DNA from: a virus | Taxonomy: Duplodnaviria > Caudoviricetes | Direction: 5' to 3' (one strand) | IMG/VR virus record: IMGVR_UViG_2830247124_000001 | Coordinates: 1 to 64,000 of that record | DNA length: 64,000 nucleotides | In this document: in pieces, positions 30,099 through 39,962 of the stretch | Layout of the letters: every line of letters begins with the position of its first letter | Numbering within the stretch: the stretch's first letter is position 1 | Notes under the pieces: model-generated | What the model saw: only the letters and a program-made list of their open reading frames with translations | Database searches by the model: none | Told to the model about the DNA's origin: nothing | Translations under genes and position numbers: made by a program

Positions 30099-30377
30099 TT
30101 ATCCTTCTGCCAAGGCGTAGCACGAGGAGTAGTCGCCCCCATGCGGCCCGGTCTCGTACTCAAGCTCGATGCCGTGATCCTCCACCCGCTCCGCGAAGTT
30201 GTGGTAGCTGTCCTTGTAGCTGGAAGCATACTTCCATGCCTTGCCCTTCAGGCTAGGGCACGGGTTCGAAAACTCGCCGGTGTTTATCAGGCTTCGGGCA
30301 AACCCTCGCTGTATGCGCCCCTTCACGGCAGCGCGAATTCGAATCTCGTCGGTTTTCTTCAGTTCGTTGTTAGCCAT
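30099..30377 (-). CDS. Small early protein
   Basis: CTACCAGACCC leader upstream. Confidence 0.6.
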   Translation of the reverse strand: MANNELKKTDEIRIRAAVKGRIQRGFARSLINTGEFSNPCPSLKGKAWKYASSYKDSYHNFAERVEDHGIELEYETGPHGGDYSSCYALAEG

Positions 30378-30396
30378 AGGCTCGGGGTCTGGTAGA

Positions 30397-30738
30397 TTAA
30401 AGATCCTTCGGTTCGGTCACGCGAATATGCACCATCGTGTACGGCTTGCGGTGAACAGCCTTGCCCGTGCGGCGGTGCTTGCCAATCTTCTCGGGGTGTA
30501 CGATCCCTCCGTACATCTGGTCGAGATTGACGTTGTCGAAGGGTCGCGTGGCCCGCTTGATTGCGGGGGTGAGGCTGATGAGATTTACCCCGTCTTCGGG
30601 ATGACCGACGACGATCTGAAACGCGCCGTAGTCGTTCCAGTCATCGACGTTGCAGGACACTGGGTCCTTGGCCTCCTGCTCGATCATGTTGGCGATTGAT
30701 CGTGCGATGTTGCGCTGCTTCTTGGTTGCTTTAGGCAT
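30397..30738 (-). CDS. Small early protein
   Basis: Leader motif and palindrome upstream. Confidence 0.6.
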   Translation of the reverse strand: MPKATKKQRNIARSIANMIEQEAKDPVSCNVDDWNDYGAFQIVVGHPEDGVNLISLTPAIKRATRPFDNVNLDQMYGGIVHPEKIGKHRRTGKAVHRKPYTMVHIRVTEPKDL

Positions 30739-30864
30739 GGTCAGGTCTGGTAGCTTTCAAAGAATTATTTGAGTCTCCTACGAGGTCTTATTGGCTTGCC
30801 TCGTTGCACCCGCCAGTCACGCCAGTGCTGGCAGGTGTCACTCACTCACTCACAAAGTGACTCT

Positions 30865-31845
30865 TTAGATCGGGCCGCAGGATTCGCCGTAGGCCCCCTG
30901 GGGTGTGTCCCAATCGCCATCGAGCACGTCAGCGTCGTACGTGTCGCTCATGGCAAGCTCTACGAGGTCCTCGTCCAGGTCGAAGGGCTGTCCCTTCTCG
31001 GCCATCTCGCGGACGCTCTCGTCCCGTGCGATTGTGCAATCGAACTCCTCCTCGTACTGGGCGATCTGCTCGAATCGCTGGGGCGCAACCTCACGGACGG
31101 ACGCCCACTGGTTGTACCGCCCAAAAATACAACTCATGCAGGAGAGTCTGCCCCACCCCAGGTGGTACGCTGGGTGGGGATTGATCTCCCACGAGCGAAT
31201 GATGTCCCACACGTCCTGCTCCGACCAGTCGTGGACCGGACGCCACTGGTCGATGTGTCGCGTGTAGCGGGTCCCGTTGCGGAGGTCGGCCTTGTGGACC
31301 TCGAAGGTGTCGTACTTTGCACGGGAGGCGCTCTCTTCTGCTCGTTCGCCAGTTACCACGAGTGTCCGCGAATCGCGGAAGCGGTCCTGGTTGCGTAGGG
31401 CCATCGACGCAACGTCGATCTTGAGATAGGCGCTGCACCAACGCACCGACAGGTCCCCGCTAACTTGCGGGAATTTTCGCCGGGTGCCAGGGCCGCCGTT
31501 GCCCCCAGTCTCTACGACCTCGCCATCGGGGGTCTCGAAGCATACCGGTGCCGTCGCGTCTCCGTCGCGCAGCATCTCGCGCTCGAAGCCACCCTTCTTC
31601 CAGGAGAAGTACACGTCGATACCGAGCACGTCGCCAATGGACTGGACGTAGTCCGTTGTCACGGGCCAGTCCATGAGGCCCGGACCCTCCCGGCCATCCA
31701 CGTCGTGGTGCCAAAGCTCGATGTTCTCGAAGGGCACGCCCTCTTCGAGCAGGTGCAAAAGCGAAGCGAGAGAGTCCTTGCCCCCGCTAAACGCGACGAC
31801 GTATGTGTCGTAGCTGTGCAGGTCAGGTTCGGTTGTGTCGCTCAT
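30865..31845 (-). CDS. PAPS reductase-family (PP-loop) protein
   Basis: AFSGGKDS, RWCSAYLK, GERAEESASRA, HPAYHLGWGRLSCMSC. Confidence 0.88.
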   Translation of the reverse strand: MSDTTEPDLHSYDTYVVAFSGGKDSLASLLHLLEEGVPFENIELWHHDVDGREGPGLMDWPVTTDYVQSIGDVLGIDVYFSWKKGGFEREMLRDGDATAPVCFETPDGEVVETGGNGGPGTRRKFPQVSGDLSVRWCSAYLKIDVASMALRNQDRFRDSRTLVVTGERAEESASRAKYDTFEVHKADLRNGTRYTRHIDQWRPVHDWSEQDVWDIIRSWEINPHPAYHLGWGRLSCMSCIFGRYNQWASVREVAPQRFEQIAQYEEEFDCTIARDESVREMAEKGQPFDLDEDLVELAMSDTYDADVLDGDWDTPQGAYGESCGPI

Positions 31846-31888
31846 GGGTGTCGGGGTCTGGTAGCTGATAGCATCGAATGTATCACCC

Positions 31889-31917
31889 AATGTAAGAATT
31901 CAAACACTGAGTGTCAA
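31889..31917 (-). promoter_or_regulatory. Sigma70-type early promoter
   Basis: TTGACA-17 bp-TACATT. Confidence 0.8.
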
Positions 31918-31998
31918 ACTGTCATGCTCCACGTAGTGGGGTCTTATTGGCTCGCCCCGTCGGCCCCAGACGTGCCGCTTGGCCGCCTGGGACGTGCT

Positions 31999-32238
31999 CT
32001 ACTGGGCCTCTACGCTGCTGAACTTCTCCCGAGCAATTTCGGCGTACTCTTGAGAGTACCAAGCATCCTCGAACTCCAAGAGAATCTCGTACGTGTTGCC
32101 ATCGCTGGAGAAGTGTATGACCTTGAAATCAGTCCCGATACGATGGTCCACGATCTCTTCGAAAAGGTCGCACGCTTCCTGGCTTCCTTCGGTCGTAAAA
32201 GAGACTCGCGTCGAGTTTGGCTGTCGTGTGATGTCCAT
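31999..32238 (-). CDS. Small early protein
   Basis: Acidic ORF between the palindrome and a repeat element. Confidence 0.6.
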   Translation of the reverse strand: MDITRQPNSTRVSFTTEGSQEACDLFEEIVDHRIGTDFKVIHFSSDGNTYEILLEFEDAWYSQEYAEIAREKFSSVEAQ

Positions 32239-32274
32239 AGCTTCAAAGAATTATTTGAGTTACTACGTAGCAGG

Positions 32275-32568
32275 TTACCGGTTGTAAAACGGAAGCTGTT
32301 TCCAGTCATCTACTCCCTCGGGACACTCCGCGTCGTAGTGCTTGTCCGTGACAGGATCGTACACCCACTGGTGATTACCCCACTTGTCGTGGAGCACGTC
32401 GTGGCCATCGATCTCACATCCGGTCATGCACGCCTTGTCGAAGGATTGCTGGACGCGATGAGCGAACTCCCCGCACATGCCTTGATTGATCTCCCTGGGA
32501 GAGTGATTCCACTCCCAGTTTCTTAGAACGTCCAATACGATTTCTGTGACAGAGTTTGGTCTGCTCAT
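32275..32568 (-). CDS. Small early protein, transglutaminase-like Cys-His-Asp pattern
   Basis: INQGMCGEFA..NHQWV..KHYDAECPEGV. Confidence 0.6.
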   Translation of the reverse strand: MSRPNSVTEIVLDVLRNWEWNHSPREINQGMCGEFAHRVQQSFDKACMTGCEIDGHDVLHDKWGNHQWVYDPVTDKHYDAECPEGVDDWKQLPFYNR

Positions 32569-32679
32569 AGCGTGGTTAGTTTGGGTCTGGTAATGGGGTT
32601 GAATTACCTCATGTGCGGGCTTATTTGCCTGCCGCATCGCACCCGCCGGTCCCGTTAGGGACCCACGGATGTCACTCAC

Positions 32680-32892
32680 TCACGAGTTGGATTCGACCGC
32701 AACGATCAGGGACACGAAGGTCAGCAGGGAAAGCCCCATTAGAGCGGCAAGTCCGGTGCCGCTCTCGAACCCCATCGCGCTGAACGCTTCGTTGAATCCC
32801 CACCCGATCAGGTATATCGCATACAATCCAGTCGGGATGCCGAAAAACGCTTTCAGAAAGGTTTTCATGAATCTCTTGTCTGCTTGAGTCAT
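32680..32892 (-). CDS. Small two-TM membrane protein
   Basis: Two hydrophobic segments; flanked by repeat elements. Confidence 0.6.
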   Translation of the reverse strand: MTQADKRFMKTFLKAFFGIPTGLYAIYLIGWGFNEAFSAMGFESGTGLAALMGLSLLTFVSLIVAVESNS

Positions 32893-33010
32893 GGGTCTGG
32901 GTAATTCTGTCGTAGAGTATCGAAGCGGGGACTTATTTGCGTGCCCCATCGCACCCGGCCCGTGATCGAACACGTTGCCGGGTGTCACTCACTCACGCTC
33001 ACGCTAATCG

Positions 33011-33250
33011 CTACTCGAACGGGGAAACGTGCCCGTGATTGCCTCCACCTGGAAGCAACTCGGGGTCCTCCGCAAAGTTATCATCGTTCTCGGTGGCGAA
33101 GATGACTTCCCTTCGCTGGGCTCGGTAGATCGTGATGTCACGGTACACCTCGGTCGTGAAGTCTGCGAGATAGTCGCGCAATTCGTCCAGCTTGTCTTGC
33201 GCTTCGCCCTCTGTTTCGGCGTCAATTTCGGCAGTCAGAAGAACCTTCAT
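33011..33250 (-). CDS. Small early protein
   Basis: From MKVLLTAEI; flanked by repeat elements. Confidence 0.6.
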   Translation of the reverse strand: MKVLLTAEIDAETEGEAQDKLDELRDYLADFTTEVYRDITIYRAQRREVIFATENDDNFAEDPELLPGGGNHGHVSPFE

Positions 33251-33363
33251 GGTTTGGGTCTGGTGTGGTTCGTAGAACATTGAGACGAGGGCTTATTGGC
33301 TTGCCCCATCGCACCCACCACCCCCGTTAGGGGGTCATGGGTCTCACTCACTCACTCACTCAC

Positions 33364-33819
33364 TCACTCACGGTGATTCCGTCGCATACGCTCGGCCTCC
33401 TCGTATTCACGCTCGAAGGGGCCTGTCGTCCGCTCCCCGTCTACGGACTTCTGAATCAGACCGATCACGCCCTCCACGGTCTGGCGACCGTAGGGCTCTT
33501 GACGGAGGGGCGTGTCGGCCTCGAAGAGACCCGCGCTCCCCATCGTGTACTTCCCACGCTTGAGGCTGATCGAACGCCCGCTCTCGAAGCGGATGAAGGC
33601 GTGCCCGTGAATGTCCCCCACCTCACCGTCGTAACCGACGGAATCAATCTCGGGGATACGGATCGCCCGAAGGGTCTCCACCATCTCCGGAAACGTGAGA
33701 GTAACGCGGGTGCCTTCGCCCAGGCAATTCACGCACTCGCCCTCGTGATTGTCCAGGGACGTTTCGCCGGTGCCTTCGCAATCGCTGCACTGTACCAAGG
33801 TCGTCTTTTCGATGTCCAT
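33364..33819 (-). CDS. Protein with DnaJ-like CxxCxGxG zinc finger
   Basis: CSDCEGTG...CVNCLGEG. Confidence 0.65.
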   Translation of the reverse strand: MDIEKTTLVQCSDCEGTGETSLDNHEGECVNCLGEGTRVTLTFPEMVETLRAIRIPEIDSVGYDGEVGDIHGHAFIRFESGRSISLKRGKYTMGSAGLFEADTPLRQEPYGRQTVEGVIGLIQKSVDGERTTGPFEREYEEAERMRRNHRE

Positions 33820-33928
33820 AGGAATGGGGGTGTTGAATTCAAAGAATTCTGTGAGTTACCTCGTGCGGACTTATTTGCGTGCCGCGTCGTACCCAGGAGG
33901 ACCGTTAGGTCCCCGTGGGTGTCACTGG

Positions 33929-34168
33929 CTATTCGTTCGGGCCGAGAAAGGCGTTGACGTTGTCGTACTTCGGTTGGTTATTCTCCTCCGTGATAATGAG
34001 ATTCTGCTCTTCGTCCACCATCTCGACGCGGAGACGACCGTCGTCTCTATCGAGACTGATGTAGATACTTCTTGGCCCATCTTTGATTTTGATGACCTCT
34101 CCTACGGAGACTTCTACCTCTCGCTCGTGATTTTCGTGCGAGTCAACGAGTGTCACTTGCTTGCTCAT
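33929..34168 (-). CDS. Small early protein
   Basis: Flanked by repeat elements. Confidence 0.6.
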   Translation of the reverse strand: MSKQVTLVDSHENHEREVEVSVGEVIKIKDGPRSIYISLDRDDGRLRVEMVDEEQNLIITEENNQPKYDNVNAFLGPNE

Positions 34169-34281
34169 GTCGGTGTGGGGTTGATACCTGAGTAAGTGAG
34201 TCGCCTACGGCGGACTTATTGGCTTGCCACCATCGCACCCACCGGACCCGTTAGGGTCCAGCAGGTGTCTGTTATTGCAAG

Positions 34282-35025
34282 TTACGCCGCTACCGCTTCG
34301 CGGAGAACCTTCGGGGTACGAGCTATCTTCTGCTCGGCAAATTCGCGCTGATCGATGGGGCGCTCGTCGCCATCGAAGCGTGGAGCCGAGTGCATCCAGG
34401 CGATTTGCGCAATTGCCTCGGTTGCCAGGATGCTCAGTGCGTCGTCGCCGGTGAACATCTGAGCGTGGGCGTTCCAGGTTCTCCATTCACCCTTGAGGGT
34501 GAACGGCGCGTTTTCCGATCCCAGGTGGACGTGACCCAGGATGTCGTGGATCCAGCGAAATATGTCGTTGTGTAGCATCCTCCGTCCGTTGGCATCGGTG
34601 AACCGCGAAGGGTTCGTGAGGGGGTGGTCTGCCGGGAAATCGCCGGTGCCGGTGCTCATGACCGGCAGGTGCTGGTGATTGCGGACGTGAGTTACCATGC
34701 CCTCGGCGCTGTCGAATGGGTCGCGGTCTACGACCTCGGCCTTGTAGCCGAACGCCCGGAGGAGCCGAAACTGCTGCCCCAACTGCTCGGTGAACTCGCC
34801 GTAGGCGTCTACGACCTTGCGCCGATCCACTTCGCTGGGCCGCCGGTCTGCGCCCTCGAACCACCGGGCGAGCGAACGGATTGCGTCCGAGTCTGGAACC
34901 TGATGTTGGAATGAGTAATCCACCGTAGGTGAATCGCCCAGGACGTGGATGCGGTAGTGACGAACGATGTTTTCGAGCCGTTCGGACGTGCCGTGAGCGA
35001 TTCGCGTTTTCGTGAGCGTAGCCAT
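34282..35025 (-). CDS. Phage protein with HDxxGH...E metal-binding/peptidase-like motif
   Basis: NDIFRWIHDILGH..F..KGE..W.AH..MF..ATE..AQ..FAEQK. Confidence 0.65.
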   Translation of the reverse strand: MATLTKTRIAHGTSERLENIVRHYRIHVLGDSPTVDYSFQHQVPDSDAIRSLARWFEGADRRPSEVDRRKVVDAYGEFTEQLGQQFRLLRAFGYKAEVVDRDPFDSAEGMVTHVRNHQHLPVMSTGTGDFPADHPLTNPSRFTDANGRRMLHNDIFRWIHDILGHVHLGSENAPFTLKGEWRTWNAHAQMFTGDDALSILATEAIAQIAWMHSAPRFDGDERPIDQREFAEQKIARTPKVLREAVAA

Positions 35026-35103
35026 GAGTGTTTGCGGGTCTGGTAGTGAGCGAGTGAAAGGGAGCGGGCCAGTGTCGCCCGATCCCCAATGATGCTATAA
35101 GCC

Positions 35104-35132
35104 AATGTAAGAATTCCAGATGAGAATGTCAA
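35104..35132 (-). promoter_or_regulatory. Sigma70-type early promoter
   Basis: TTGACA-17 bp-TACATT. Confidence 0.8.
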
Positions 35133-35761
35133 GCCTCGATCCAATTGCGGGCGGTTGTCCACACGACCGCTTGAGCTTGTGCTGGCTCGATTCCGTGCAG
35201 GGTGGCCAGCATCTCGACCGCACGGCTGATCGAGCGTCGTGCGTTGCCCGTGATGCTCTTGATGTCGAAATCAGCGAGCTTGAACATCCACGAGTCAACC
35301 GTCACCGGCGTGAGATTCCCGTTTAGGTTCTCGGTGAAGGGCTGAACCTTCGCCCCGGAAGGATGCGCCTGATCGTCCCCGTCCAGGTACTTGATCGCCT
35401 GGGTAGCGTTGTTCCGGTACGTAGTGTACCTCGAAGAAACCTCTACCTTCCAGGTGTAGGGGTAATCGTCCCAGACCTCTACGAGCTTGCTCAGACCGGA
35501 CATATTCGCGGTCCAGTTCGTCATGGGCGAGAGGATCGCCGCCGCACCCGCCATTCGCTCGGTGCTCACGCCAATCCTGCGAGCTAACTCGGAGCATCGC
35601 TCGTTGGCCTTCGGGTACCACTCAAGGCCGTTCTCGAAGGGTGTCTCAAGCCTCTCCCCAACCCGCATGATCTTGCGGTAGCGGTTGAAGCACGAGAACG
35701 TGCGTGATCGCTCTTTGCGGTTGATGCAGCTACTGGTGTCGATGATGTCGGAATCGTACAT
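35129..35761 (-). CDS. Phage HhH-GPD/DNA glycosylase-like protein
   Basis: WY..A, AAILSP..W..N, GAKV..F..NL.G, VTVDSWM, PAQAQAVVW. Confidence 0.6.
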   Translation of the reverse strand: MYDSDIIDTSSCINRKERSRTFSCFNRYRKIMRVGERLETPFENGLEWYPKANERCSELARRIGVSTERMAGAAAILSPMTNWTANMSGLSKLVEVWDDYPYTWKVEVSSRYTTYRNNATQAIKYLDGDDQAHPSGAKVQPFTENLNGNLTPVTVDSWMFKLADFDIKSITGNARRSISRAVEMLATLHGIEPAQAQAVVWTTARNWIEA

Positions 35762-35820
35762 GATCGCGTCTGATTTTCGTGAGTGAGAGTAGGGCGCTGT
35801 TGCTTCCAACGCTATAACCC

Positions 35821-35849
35821 AATGTAAGAATTCAACATCGGGATGTCAA
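35821..35849 (-). promoter_or_regulatory. Sigma70-type early promoter
   Basis: TTGACA-17 bp-TACATT. Confidence 0.8.
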
Positions 35850-35925
35850 ACTGGGGGTTATTTGCGTGCCCATAGGCCCCACCGGGCGAATGAACGCCCG
35901 ATGGGACTCAAAGAATTCTGTGAGA

Positions 35926-36186
35926 CTACTTCGAGAAAATGACCTGCTCGTCGAGGGACGGCGTGTCGGGTGGGCCTTGGCCGTGATACGTGCGCTCCCC
36001 AGGCGATTCGCGCTCGTTCAAGGCGTCACGGAAGGCTGTGCGCTTGATGACGGATGCCTTCGCGCCCGAACCCGATCCTGGAGTGTGTGTCTCCATGCGC
36101 TCCAATTCGCGCTCGGCCTCACGAAAGGGCATATCGAACGCTTCGTCCTTGAATTTCTCGTATCGGGGGTCTGTTACTGGTCCCAT
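35926..36186 (-). CDS. Small early protein
   Basis: Flanked by repeat elements. Confidence 0.55.
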   Translation of the reverse strand: MGPVTDPRYEKFKDEAFDMPFREAERELERMETHTPGSGSGAKASVIKRTAFRDALNERESPGERTYHGQGPPDTPSLDEQVIFSK

Positions 36187-36294
36187 AGGGACAGGGGGGT
36201 TTGTGTGAGTGAGTGATTTACTTTCTACGGAGGGCTTATTGGCTTGCCTCCATCGTGCCCGCCAGTCCCGCTAGGGACCGGCAGGCAGGATCCC

Positions 36295-36441
36295 CTACGA
36301 GAACGCCGGTCGCGCCTCGTAGCTTCGTCCGTAGCTGTCAAGAATCTCCGTCAAGCGGGCGAGTGTGTCCGGGTCGCTGGCACGGAACGCTTTCGTGGCC
36401 GTCGTGATCTCGAACGTGTGGTTTGCGCCTCGGTGGTTCAT
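36295..36441 (-). CDS. 48-aa early protein
   Basis: Manually translated MNHRGANHTFEITT...; CTACCAGACCC leader; flanked by repeat elements. Confidence 0.5.
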   Translation of the reverse strand: MNHRGANHTFEITTATKAFRASDPDTLARLTEILDSYGRSYEARPAFS

Positions 36442-36547
36442 AGTGGTTTAGGGTCTGGTAGATTCACTGTAAGTGAAAGTCGTCTACTGGGCACTGGCTG
36501 GCCCGGTCGTGCCCGCCAGCCTCGTTAGAGGCTCACGGGCGGGGGTG

Positions 36548-37132
36548 TTACTCGCTCCAAGCGTCAGCGAGTTGGTCCTTCGTGATGTCGTCGGGGGCGA
36601 ACATGCCACCCACTTCGTGATACCTGCCACCGGCTTTCAGATCCGTGCGGACGTAGAACTCCGCGTGCTCCTGATCGGGACGTGTAATGCGCTTGAACAT
36701 AGCCCCGGTGACACCCTTTACGGTGAATTTCTCAACGGTCTTCGTGCCCTTCCGGTCTATGCTCGGACTTCGCTTGACATCCGGCCACGAGAGATCGAAG
36801 CACACGTCCGGAAAGTGCGGGTTGATCTCGTCTATGAACTCAAAGACTTCGTCCTTGAGAGCGAGGTATGTGTCTTTAGACACCGCACGCATGTACTCAA
36901 CATCTCCGGTGATTTCAGACTCCGGAAATTCACGCACGGCGATCACTTCGACCTCGACGGTGCGACCGTACCGGCCATCGTGTGTCTTGAACTGGATCTC
37001 GGGAAACACCTCGGTGCCGTCGTCGAGGACGACCCCTTCGAGGGTCTGCATCGCAAACCGACCCTCGTTCGTGATGCCATCATGTGCGACGAGACGGCTC
37101 ATCAGGTTCATGCTCAGGTTAGTGTTTTCCAT
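36548..37132 (-). CDS. Early protein
   Basis: From MENTNL; flanked by repeat elements. Confidence 0.65.
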   Translation of the reverse strand: MENTNLSMNLMSRLVAHDGITNEGRFAMQTLEGVVLDDGTEVFPEIQFKTHDGRYGRTVEVEVIAVREFPESEITGDVEYMRAVSKDTYLALKDEVFEFIDEINPHFPDVCFDLSWPDVKRSPSIDRKGTKTVEKFTVKGVTGAMFKRITRPDQEHAEFYVRTDLKAGGRYHEVGGMFAPDDITKDQLADAWSE

Positions 37133-37241
37133 CGTATCGATTACGTAGTAATGGGAGTGAGTGTGAGTTACCTCGTATGAGGGCTTATTGGCTTGCCTCA
37201 TCGTGCCCACTGGTCCCGTTAGGGACCGGCGGGCGGTTGCC

Positions 37242-37523
37242 TTAGTTGATCGAGTCGATGAAATTCATGAACCGCATGGCGTGACGATCACACGAGAACG
37301 TGATTCGCACGTCTCCGCTTTCGAGAATCTCTACGACCGGGGGGTCTATCGGGTCGCCCAGGTCGTGCGATCCTGCACGGAAGTTCAGCGCATTGACCAC
37401 GTCAGTGATGATCGAGGGCCAATCACGCATGTACGTGGTCGTGAGCTTGACTGCGTGATTCGTGCGCCTTGCCGCCGCCTTTTCCAGCGTGCCGAGTGAG
37501 GATGTTGCTTCGGAAGTAGCCAT
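37242..37523 (-). CDS. Small early protein
   Basis: Between a promoter and a repeat element. Confidence 0.6.
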   Translation of the reverse strand: MATSEATSSLGTLEKAAARRTNHAVKLTTTYMRDWPSIITDVVNALNFRAGSHDLGDPIDPPVVEILESGDVRITFSCDRHAMRFMNFIDSIN

Positions 37524-37579
37524 AACGCGAGTGTATGTGTTCGAGTGAGTGAGAACCCCGCCCCGTCAACGTAGAAACC

Positions 37580-37608
37580 AATGTAAGAATTCAAACATCG
37601 GCTGTCAA
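37580..37608 (-). promoter_or_regulatory. Sigma70-type early promoter
   Basis: TTGACA-17 bp-TACATT. Confidence 0.8.
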
Positions 37609-37629
37609 GTCGGCCCGAAGGGCCTGCGC

Positions 37630-37827
37630 CTACTGCGCCCACGGGTCGCTGCGCCGTATGCGAGAGGCTCGGTGCTGGGCATCTTCGCGGATGCGCTTTT
37701 CACGGGCGCTCTCTTCGCGGCATCGCAGGCACAATTCGCCTTCGAGTTGAGCGATGTGAGTCTCTTCGCCGCATTGAACGCAGCGAAGATAATCCATCGA
37801 GTCGAGTTGTTCTTGGGATAGATCCAT
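37630..37827 (-). CDS. Small zinc-finger protein
   Basis: CVQC...CLRC. Confidence 0.6.
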   Translation of the reverse strand: MDLSQEQLDSMDYLRCVQCGEETHIAQLEGELCLRCREESAREKRIREDAQHRASRIRRSDPWAQ

Positions 37828-37872
37828 AGCGTGATGCTTCGTGTGAGCGTTAGTGAGTGGACACTGCTGGTA

Positions 37873-38136
37873 CTAAAGACCACCACGGCCCATAGGGCCG
37901 AATACGTAGTGCGTCGGAATCAGCACCAGCACGTCCTCGCCATCGTAGGTGTACGTGTAGACCTTGTCGCCGCTTCTCCAAGCAAGGCGCGAGTCTGCGT
38001 CCGGGTCGAGGTGCAGGATCTCTTTGTACTTTCGGTCCCATAGGGACCGAACGGTTTCATGAGCCTCCGTAAGCGAATCGCCCGCGACGACTGGTTCTTG
38101 CTTCGGGCCAGTCAGGTTCACCAGATAATACTCCAT
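37873..38136 (-). CDS. Small early protein
   Basis: From MEYYLV. Confidence 0.6.
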   Translation of the reverse strand: MEYYLVNLTGPKQEPVVAGDSLTEAHETVRSLWDRKYKEILHLDPDADSRLAWRSGDKVYTYTYDGEDVLVLIPTHYVFGPMGRGGL

Positions 38137-38261
38137 GACGTGTACGTGTAATGCTTCGTGTGAGTGATAGCGAGTTACCTCCGTGGTGGGCTTATTGGCT
38201 TGCCACCGGCGAACCCAACGGGCGAAGCAACGCCCGATGGGTTTCAAAGAATTCTTTGAGT

Positions 38262-38558
38262 TCAGAGCTTCGTGGGTCCCGTTACGTGGACACCCTTCAC
38301 GCGGAACAGGTACTCATCCCCGTCCCAGCGAACCGTGATCGTGTCGCGGGGATCGAAAATCTCGGAGCACTGGTGCAGACCGTAAAGGTCTGTGTAAAGG
38401 CGCTCCACCGGGCCTTGGTCGTCTACGGCATTGTCCTCGGTGACGTAGAACTGCCAGGATCCGGTGTTGATGTACTCTCCTTCGGAGTCGTGCAGGTGAA
38501 AGCTGCAAAACGGCGGCTCAGGGGTCGTAGCGTCGATTGCTTCGAGGGTGTATCTCAT
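38262..38558 (-). CDS. Small early protein
   Basis: From MRYTLE; CACGAAGCA leader. Confidence 0.6.
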   Translation of the reverse strand: MRYTLEAIDATTPEPPFCSFHLHDSEGEYINTGSWQFYVTEDNAVDDQGPVERLYTDLYGLHQCSEIFDPRDTITVRWDGDEYLFRVKGVHVTGPTKL

Positions 38559-38598
38559 GGCGTGATGCTTCGTGTGTGAGTGAGAGTGAGTTACCTCG

Positions 38599-38946
38599 TT
38601 AGAGGTTGGCCCGCCAGTCCGTAGGGAGACTGGCAATTTCTCGCATCGTCTCTACGAGACGCTCCACAGACACGGGTCCCTCCACGCCGATGTCTTCGCG
38701 GCTGACAACGTCTCCATCGTAGATGATGCTGCCTGATCTATCGATCATGGCGATCTCGTAGTTCGAGTCGTCGGTGTTGTAAGCCATTTCTCCCTGGATG
38801 ATGCTAATGCCGTAGCCATTAGCAAACCAGACTCGCACTTGATCTGGAGCGTGGTCACGCTGGTTGAACTCCGTGTCGATGACCGGTAGGTCATGCAACT
38901 GCTCGGAGAACCAATCTTCGGTGTCTGAAACGACGGAATCTATCAT
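38599..38946 (-). CDS. Small early protein
   Basis: FANGYGISII..YEIAMI, a pattern I associate with phage hypothetical proteins. Confidence 0.65.
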   Translation of the reverse strand: MIDSVVSDTEDWFSEQLHDLPVIDTEFNQRDHAPDQVRVWFANGYGISIIQGEMAYNTDDSNYEIAMIDRSGSIIYDGDVVSREDIGVEGPVSVERLVETMREIASLPTDWRANL

Positions 38947-39059
38947 GGCGCAATTGCTTCGTGTGATGAGGGAGTGAGTGACTGAGGACTTATTGGCTTG
39001 CCTCGTCGCTTCCACCGGGCGAAGCAACGCCCGATGGAAGTCAAAGAATTCTGTGAGAG

Positions 39060-39566
39060 TTACTGCTCGATCAGGTACATCTGCTCGCAATCCCGGACGG
39101 TCTGGTGCGGGAAGAGCGCCTCGGTCTCGTAGTCGGTGCCACGATCCTCGTCGATGACGGCCAGAGGGTAGTAAGCTACCCTTGTGAGGGGCTGTGGCCG
39201 CCCCATCACGCCTGCCTTGTCATCGTAGACCCAGGCCGTCCACTTCGATGTCTCGTTAGAGACCTCGTTGGCAAACCAAGGCGGAAGTGCGAGATCGTAG
39301 TGCCCCTTCGAGATTCCGAGCGTATCTTCCACGACGGCCTCGGCCAGATCACCTACGGTGCGGATCTGCTCCGCGAGCTTGAGTGATCTCGCCCCCGCCT
39401 TGCTCTTGCGGAGGTGCAGTGGACCACGCCCGTCATCCACGTCCAGGGACACGAACCCTGGGATTTCCTTGGACTGCTTGATGGACTTGACGTAGAACAC
39501 TTTCTCGCCGTCGTAGACGATCTCGCCTTCGAAGGACTCGCTAAGGGTGTCGATTAGGTCTTGCAT
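39060..39566 (-). CDS. Early protein
   Basis: Flanked by repeat elements. Confidence 0.65.
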   Translation of the reverse strand: MQDLIDTLSESFEGEIVYDGEKVFYVKSIKQSKEIPGFVSLDVDDGRGPLHLRKSKAGARSLKLAEQIRTVGDLAEAVVEDTLGISKGHYDLALPPWFANEVSNETSKWTAWVYDDKAGVMGRPQPLTRVAYYPLAVIDEDRGTDYETEALFPHQTVRDCEQMYLIEQ

Positions 39567-39665
39567 AGCAACTTTGGCTTCGTGAGTGAGAGTGAGTTAC
39601 CTCGTGGGCACTGGCTGGCCCAAGCGAACCCCACGAGCGAATTAACGCCCGCCGGGTTGACGTGA

Positions 39666-39902
39666 CTACGTGAACAGCGAGTTCAGGACCTTCGCGGCGG
39701 CGGAATCTTCGCCGTTGGCCCACCGCAAGTTTTGGAGATACTCTACGGGGTCCTCGTGCTTGATCGCCTCTGCGATGACCTCTCGCTGGTCGGAATAGTC
39801 GTTGTTCGGGGTGGCATTAGCCACCAACTGCTCCTCCATCGAGCGGAGGACGTTGCGCGTCATCTCGTGCGGATCGTCGAATACCGGTTCGTGGAGTTCC
39901 AT
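39666..39902 (-). CDS. Small early protein
   Basis: From MELHEP. Confidence 0.6.
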   Translation of the reverse strand: MELHEPVFDDPHEMTRNVLRSMEEQLVANATPNNDYSDQREVIAEAIKHEDPVEYLQNLRWANGEDSAAAKVLNSLFT

Positions 39903-39962
39903 GGCTACGTGTGATCGTGTGAGTGTGAGTGAAAGCCGTCGGCCTCTGCCAACGGATGAACC

